Positions 59,351-64,000 of a DNA stretch of 64,000 bases are shown piece after piece. The position numbers and the translations under genes were made by a program. This DNA is from an uncultured delta proteobacterium (lineage in GTDB: Bacteria; Myxococcota; Myxococcia; Myxococcales; Myxococcaceae). Below the pieces are notes generated by a model. It made no database searches. It had not been told where the DNA came from and saw nothing but the letters and a program-made list of their open reading frames with translations. How positions within the stretch are numbered: the first letter of the stretch is position 1; each line of letters begins with the position of its first letter. The stretch lies in NCBI GenBank assembly GCA_963776345.1, contig CAVZMH010000015.1, positions 224,001 through 288,000 of the forward strand, read 5' to 3'.

Positions 59351-60544
59351 TTAGCCTTTTCCGTCCCGCTCGCGCATGGTCCGCTCGGCGATTTCGCGCA
59401 CGATCGTCTCCGCGAGCTGGGGGACCACTTCCCAGGCGATCTTCTCGATGACCTCGCGCGAGGCCTTGCCCAGGGCCTCGCGGAGCTGGGCCTCGCCGCC
59501 GTCGGCGGCAGCCGCAGCCGGCTCGGTCCCGAGGTCGAGAGACATCTCCTCGGCGCCCGCCGGGGGGGCGATCTGCTGCTCCACCCGGTAGCCCCGGGAG
59601 GGCGCGGTGGCCGGGGCGGAGAGCCCGTAGGGGTCCCGGGCCCGGGCGGCGGTCGCCGGCGGCGCGGGGGTGGCCGGGACCGGCGGCAGCGGGGCCGCCC
59701 CGGGCGCGCGGGGGAAGCCGCCCGGCGCCATGGGAGCGGCGGGGCGGGCGAACCCGGACTGGGTGCCGAGCGGCGTCCCCGGACGGGTCAGCCCCGGAAC
59801 GGTTCCGCCGGTGAGCGGCTGCGCGGGCCGGGTCAGTCCCGTCGGCGCTCCTCCCGGCGGGCGGCCCATGGGCACTCCAGGCTGGGTGATGGGACGGGCG
59901 ACGGGCTGCGGTGCCGGCCTGGGCGCGCCCGCCATCGGCGTCGGCGCGGGGCCGGCGGGGCGGGGAACGCCGGCCGGTCCGGGCATCGGCTGGGGCACGC
60001 CGGCCGTGGGCGCGGTCCGCGATGCGCCGGCCGGGGAGAACGCCCCCGTCGCGGCCGGGCGCGGCGCCTGGGAGGCCATCGGCTGGCTGGGTCGCGGAAC
60101 GGTGGGCTGGGACGTCGTCGGGACGGGTGCCGCGGCGGCCATCGCCGGCCGCGGGGGCATCATCGGCTGACCCACGGGCAGACCGACCAGCGTGCGCACG
60201 CGGTCCAGGAAGGCCTGGCTCTCGAACGGCTTGGTGATGTGCGCGTCGGCGCGGGCGGCCCGGGCACGGGCCTCGTCGAACGGCTCGAAGTTCCCCGCGA
60301 GCAGGAGCACCGGGATGGACGCGGTGGAGGGGTCCGACTTCAGCGCCTCGCAGACCTCGTATCCGCTCCGGCCAGGCATCAGCACGTCGGCGACGACCAG
60401 ATCCGGTCGCATCTCTCGCGCGCGGGCAATGGCATCGATGCCGTTGTCCACCGAGGTCACTTGGAAATCCTCGAGCGCGAGCACCATCCCGATGACCTTG
60501 CGGACGGTGAGCGAGTCATCGGCGACGAGCAGGGTCTTCGGCAT
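59351..60544 (-). CDS. romR: RomR-type polarity response regulator
   Basis: REC domain (LLVADDSLTVRK...DVLMP...KPFES), Pro-rich linker, C-terminal ADGGEA.LREAL.KASREVIEKIAWEVVPQLAE; adjacent to valS. Confidence 0.88.
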   Translation of the reverse strand: MPKTLLVADDSLTVRKVIGMVLALEDFQVTSVDNGIDAIARAREMRPDLVVADVLMPGRSGYEVCEALKSDPSTASIPVLLLAGNFEPFDEARARAARADAHITKPFESQAFLDRVRTLVGLPVGQPMMPPRPAMAAAAPVPTTSQPTVPRPSQPMASQAPRPAATGAFSPAGASRTAPTAGVPQPMPGPAGVPRPAGPAPTPMAGAPRPAPQPVARPITQPGVPMGRPPGGAPTGLTRPAQPLTGGTVPGLTRPGTPLGTQSGFARPAAPMAPGGFPRAPGAAPLPPVPATPAPPATAARARDPYGLSAPATAPSRGYRVEQQIAPPAGAEEMSLDLGTEPAAAAADGGEAQLREALGKASREVIEKIAWEVVPQLAETIVREIAERTMRERDGKG

Positions 60545-60545
60545 G

Positions 60546-61412
60546 TCAGGCCGTGACATCTGAGGGGCCGCGCCTCGGCCCTGTCAAGTTCGACGCTCCC
60601 AGTAGCCGCGTGACGTCGGGCGCGAGCGCGATGCGCCCATCGGGCGTCCGCCAGCGCCCTGGCTCCTCGCCGGCGGCGAGCCCGTGCTCGATGCCCAGCA
60701 CCCGGGCCGCGCAGAGGGCGACCTGGATGCCGGCGAGCTCGAGCAGGACCACGTGCGACTCCACCGCCAGCTGGCGCCCGAGGAAGGCCGGGAGCGCGTA
60801 CACCGGCCAGAGCGCCCCGGCGTGGGCCAGCAGCCCGGCGATGACGCCCCCGGGCACCGGGAAGGGACAGAAGGCGGCCAGCACCGGGGAGATCTGCAGG
60901 ACATGGGCGAGCGGGACCGCGAACAGCGCGCCCCCGGACTCGAAGAGCAGCGCGTCCCCGGGCGGGCCCTCGAGCCAGGTGACGATGCGCGGCGGCGGCG
61001 GCGGCAGCATGCAGGTCTGCCCCAGCGTCTCGGCGCGGAGCTCGAGATAGACGCGCCCCTGGTGCTGCAGGGCCCCCCGGACCAGCGTCCCGATCTGCTG
61101 GGCGAGGTCCCGGCTGAGCTGGAAGTGGGGAGCGCCGGCGACGTCCGCCACCTCCGCACCTTCCCGCACGCGCACCGCCAGCGTGGGACTGGTGTCGAGC
61201 AGGACCGCGAGCCCGGGCCGCCGCTCGGGCGCGCCGCCCATGAGCACCGAGAGGTCCTCCAGGGGGAAGACGCCACGGACCGTGGCGCGGTCGGCGTCCG
61301 GGTCGGGCGGGGTCACCTCGAGCACCCGGGAGGCCTCGAGGGCGTAGCGCGCCGGCCCGGCCTCGAACAGGAGGGCGAGCCTCCGACCTCCGTCAGGACT
61401 GTGCGCAGCCAT
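60546..61412 (-). CDS. Protein with two CheW-like domains
   Basis: LLFEAGPARYALEASRVLEV and LLFESGGALFAVPLAHVLQI...PVPGGVIAGL; directly upstream of romR. Confidence 0.75.
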   Translation of the reverse strand: MAAHSPDGGRRLALLFEAGPARYALEASRVLEVTPPDPDADRATVRGVFPLEDLSVLMGGAPERRPGLAVLLDTSPTLAVRVREGAEVADVAGAPHFQLSRDLAQQIGTLVRGALQHQGRVYLELRAETLGQTCMLPPPPPRIVTWLEGPPGDALLFESGGALFAVPLAHVLQISPVLAAFCPFPVPGGVIAGLLAHAGALWPVYALPAFLGRQLAVESHVVLLELAGIQVALCAARVLGIEHGLAAGEEPGRWRTPDGRIALAPDVTRLLGASNLTGPRRGPSDVTA

Positions 61413-61486
61413 GTCGGGCCAGGAACACGAGGCTACCCCGAGCCGGCGAGATCCTGTCATGCTCGGGCGCGGCGCGAAGCTCCCAG

Positions 61487-62842
61487 ATGGCGACCATCCT
61501 GCTGGTGGATGACGAGAAGGTCGCCCGTACGGTGTACGGCGACTACCTGACCGAGGCCGGTCACACCGTGACCTGCGTCGCGTCAGTGGCCGAGGCGCGC
61601 GCGGAGCTGGCGCTGCACCCGGTGGACCTGGTGGTCACCGACCTCATCCTCCCCGCCGGCGACGGGATGGAGGTGCTGCAGCACACCCGCGAGCGGTACC
61701 CGGGCGTGGAGGTGGTGGTCATCACCGCGCTGGACAAGGTGGACCCCGCGGTGCGGGCCATCAAGAGCGGCGCGGCCGAGTACCTGGTCAAGCCGGTGAA
61801 GCCCGAGGCGCTGCAGCACGCCGTCAACCGAGCGCTGATGACCCGCGCACTGCTGGCGGAGAACGCCGCGCTGAAGCGTCACCTCTCGCTGGTGGAGGCA
61901 GGGCAGCGACTCCTCACCATGCTCGACCGCCCGCGGCTGGCGCAGGCCGCGGCCTCGGCGTTCCTCCAGCTCAGCCAGGCGCAGGGGGTGCTGCTCTGGG
62001 CGAAGAGCGGGGACACCGTGCGGCTCGAGGCCTCGGAGGGGGTGGCGTCCGAGGCGCTGCGGCAGCTGGTCGTCCGCTACGACGCCGAGCTGCCCGACCT
62101 CCCCTCCCGGCCCTTCGAGGCGGCGTGGCCCGAGGGACCTGGACGGGTGCTGGGGTTCCCGGTGGGAGAGTCCCCCCGGCAGCGCGGCTGGGCGCTGCTG
62201 CTCGACCGCGGGCCGGCGAGCGACACCCTGCGCGAGTCGGCCGAGTACCTCGCCCGCCACCTGGCGCTGGCCTGGGACCACGTCGAGCGCTTCGCCCGGG
62301 TGGAGGACCTGGCCTACCTCGACGACCTCACCCGGCTCTACAACGCCCGCTACCTGGACGAGGCGGTGGAGCGGGAGCTGCAGACCGGCCGCGGTCCGTT
62401 CAGCCTGCTCTTCCTCGACCTGGACCACTTCAAGAGCGTCAACGACACCCACGGGCACCTGGTGGGGAGCAAGCTCCTGGTGGAGGCGGCGCGGGTGGTG
62501 AAGTCCTGCACCCGCGACCAGGACGTGGTCGCCCGCTGGGGCGGCGACGAGTACGTGGTGATGCTGCGAGAGACGGACAGCGGCGGCGCCCTCAAGGTCG
62601 CCGAGCGCATCCGCCGCACGGTGGAGGGGCACTCCTTCCTCGCCCGCGAGGGCTACGGGCTCGGGGTGACGGTCTGCATCGGGGTGGCGAGCCATCCCGA
62701 GCACGGGGTGGACCGCCGCACGCTGCTCGACCTCGCCGACCGGGCGATGTACCGCGGCAAGCGCACCTCCCGGAACGTGGTCTACGTCGCGGCCCCGGGC
62801 AGCGAGGAGATCGTGGGCCGGCAGCGCAGCGGCGCGGCCTGA
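61487..62842 (+). CDS. Response regulator diguanylate cyclase (REC-GAF-like-GGDEF)
   Basis: ILLVDD...TDL..P...KP; DDLTRLYN, DLDHFKSVND.HGH, RDQD I-site, RWGGDEY. Confidence 0.92.
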   Translation: MATILLVDDEKVARTVYGDYLTEAGHTVTCVASVAEARAELALHPVDLVVTDLILPAGDGMEVLQHTRERYPGVEVVVITALDKVDPAVRAIKSGAAEYLVKPVKPEALQHAVNRALMTRALLAENAALKRHLSLVEAGQRLLTMLDRPRLAQAAASAFLQLSQAQGVLLWAKSGDTVRLEASEGVASEALRQLVVRYDAELPDLPSRPFEAAWPEGPGRVLGFPVGESPRQRGWALLLDRGPASDTLRESAEYLARHLALAWDHVERFARVEDLAYLDDLTRLYNARYLDEAVERELQTGRGPFSLLFLDLDHFKSVNDTHGHLVGSKLLVEAARVVKSCTRDQDVVARWGGDEYVVMLRETDSGGALKVAERIRRTVEGHSFLAREGYGLGVTVCIGVASHPEHGVDRRTLLDLADRAMYRGKRTSRNVVYVAAPGSEEIVGRQRSGAA

Positions 62843-62853
62843 GCGGCGCCCAG

Positions 62854-62903
62854 GAACGACGAGGGGGAGGCAACGCCTTGAGGCGTCACCTCCCCCGTCG
62901 TTC
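62854..62903. terminator. Long hairpin between convergent DGC and groEL genes
   Basis: GAACGAC-GA-GGGGGAGG-CA-ACGCCT / AGGCGT-CA-CCTCCCCC-GTCGTTC. Confidence 0.65.
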
Positions 62904-62921
62904 AGCCGGGACGGCGTGGGA

Positions 62922-64000
62922 TTAGTAGTCCATGTCCTCGCCGCCGTAGTCCGGACCGCCGGCCCCGGCGCCGCCGCCCTTGCCCTTCTTCTTGGGCTTC
63001 TCGGCCACCATGGCCTCGGTGGTCAGGAGCAGCGAGGCGACCGATGCGGCGTTCTGGAGGGCGGTGCGCGAGACCTTGGTCGGGTCGATGACCCCGGCCT
63101 TCTCCAGATCCTCGTAGACCTCGGTGCGGGCGTTGAGGCCGAAGGCGCCCTTCCCGGCCTGGACCTTGTCCACCACCACCGCGCCCTCGAGCCCGGCGTT
63201 GCCGGCGATCTTCCGGAGCGGCTCGGTGAGCGCGCGCTTGACGATGTCCACGCCGAAGCTCTGCTCGCCCTGGACCTTGAGCTTCTCCAGCGCCGGGAGG
63301 CAGCGGAGGTAGGCCACGCCGCCGCCGGGGACGATGCCCTCCTCCACCGCGGCGCGGGTGGCATGGAGCGCATCCTCGACCCGGGCCTTCCGCTCCTTCA
63401 ACTCGGTCTCGGTGGCGGCGCCGACCTTCACCACCGCCACGCCGCCCACCAGCTTCGCCAGCCGCTCCTGGAGCTTCTCCTTGTCGTAGTCGCTGGTGGT
63501 CTCGCCGATCTGGCCGCGGATGAGCTTGATCCGGCCCTCGATGTCCGCCTTCTTCCCGGCGCCGTCGATGATGGTGGTGTTGTCCTTGTCGATCTTCACC
63601 CGCTTGGCGCGGCCGAGGTCGGTGAGGGTCAGGTTCTCGAACTTGATGCCCAGCTCCTCGCTGACCACGTTGCCCCCGGTGAGGGTGGCGAGGTCCTTGA
63701 GCATCTCCTTCCGGCGGTCACCGAAGCCGGGGGCCTTCACCGCGGCGACGTTGAGCACGCCGCGGAGCTTGTTCACCACCAGGGTGGCGAGGGCCTCACC
63801 CTCTACGTCCTCGGCGATGATCAGCAGCGGCTTGCCCGAGCGGGCCACCTGCTCCAGCAGCGGGATGAGATCCGCCATGGCGCTGACCTTCTTCTCGCTG
63901 ATCAGGAGGAACGCGTCGTCGAACTCGACCTCCATCCGCTCGCGGTTGGTGACGAAGTACGGGCTCACGTAGCCGCGGTCGAACTGCATGCCCTCCACCA
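62922..64000 (-). CDS. groEL: Chaperonin GroEL, 3' part (5' end outside window); non-GGM tail
   Basis: [55 protein letters not shown]. Confidence 0.98.
   Translation of the reverse strand, partial: VEGMQFDRGYVSPYFVTNRERMEVEFDDAFLLISEKKVSAMADLIPLLEQVARSGKPLLIIAEDVEGEALATLVVNKLRGVLNVAAVKAPGFGDRRKEMLKDLATLTGGNVVSEELGIKFENLTLTDLGRAKRVKIDKDNTTIIDGAGKKADIEGRIKLIRGQIGETTSDYDKEKLQERLAKLVGGVAVVKVGAATETELKERKARVEDALHATRAAVEEGIVPGGGVAYLRCLPALEKLKVQGEQSFGVDIVKRALTEPLRKIAGNAGLEGAVVVDKVQAGKGAFGLNARTEVYEDLEKAGVIDPTKVSRTALQNAASVASLLLTTEAMVAEKPKKKGKGGGAGAGGPDYGGEDMDY

Noticed and set aside
56191..59451. Very long antisense or alternate-frame ORFs (1086 aa here; also 9870-12539, 6809-9364, 43740-45779, 1966-4170)
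   Set aside because: Shadow ORFs expected at high GC; they overlap well-supported genes and have no recognisable motifs.
59600..60170. Pro/Ala/Gly-rich repetitive stretch (GLTRP twice)
   Set aside because: Explained as the disordered RomR linker.

Overview
Very GC-rich (roughly 70-75% by eye), gene-dense core chromosomal region of a myxobacterium (Myxococcota). The assignment rests on a RomR-type polarity regulator, a tandem TIGR04563 small-protein pair beside ftsH/tilS, a Myxococcus-type LexA box and a GroEL2-type C-terminus. About 60 CDSs and one tRNA(CAT) are supported. Housekeeping genes: pdxJ, glmM, acs, folP, ftsH, tilS, coaBC, lexA, surE, eno, glpX, nadC, valS, groEL. Also present: a split lysine-fermentation cluster (kdd ... 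kamD-kamE-kal-kce, no kamA here), an Mla/MCE operon and several signalling genes. I see no transposase, integrase, prophage or CRISPR array. Most interesting unexplained signals: (1) a ~200-nt candidate sRNA with its own sigma70-like promoter, a C-rich-loop hairpin and a terminator, directly upstream of the TIGR04563 pair; (2) a ~160-bp fold-back element after coaBC whose 26-bp inverted arms each contain the palindrome ATGCTATAGCAT and flank an IHF-like site; (3) an H1/protamine-like protein with 11-aa basic repeats; (4) surE apparently starting at ATC; (5) repeated leaderless-type gene starts. Three loci have single-base indels in G/C runs, so the assembly probably contains homopolymer errors. 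All calls come from motif recognition by eye; no searches were run.
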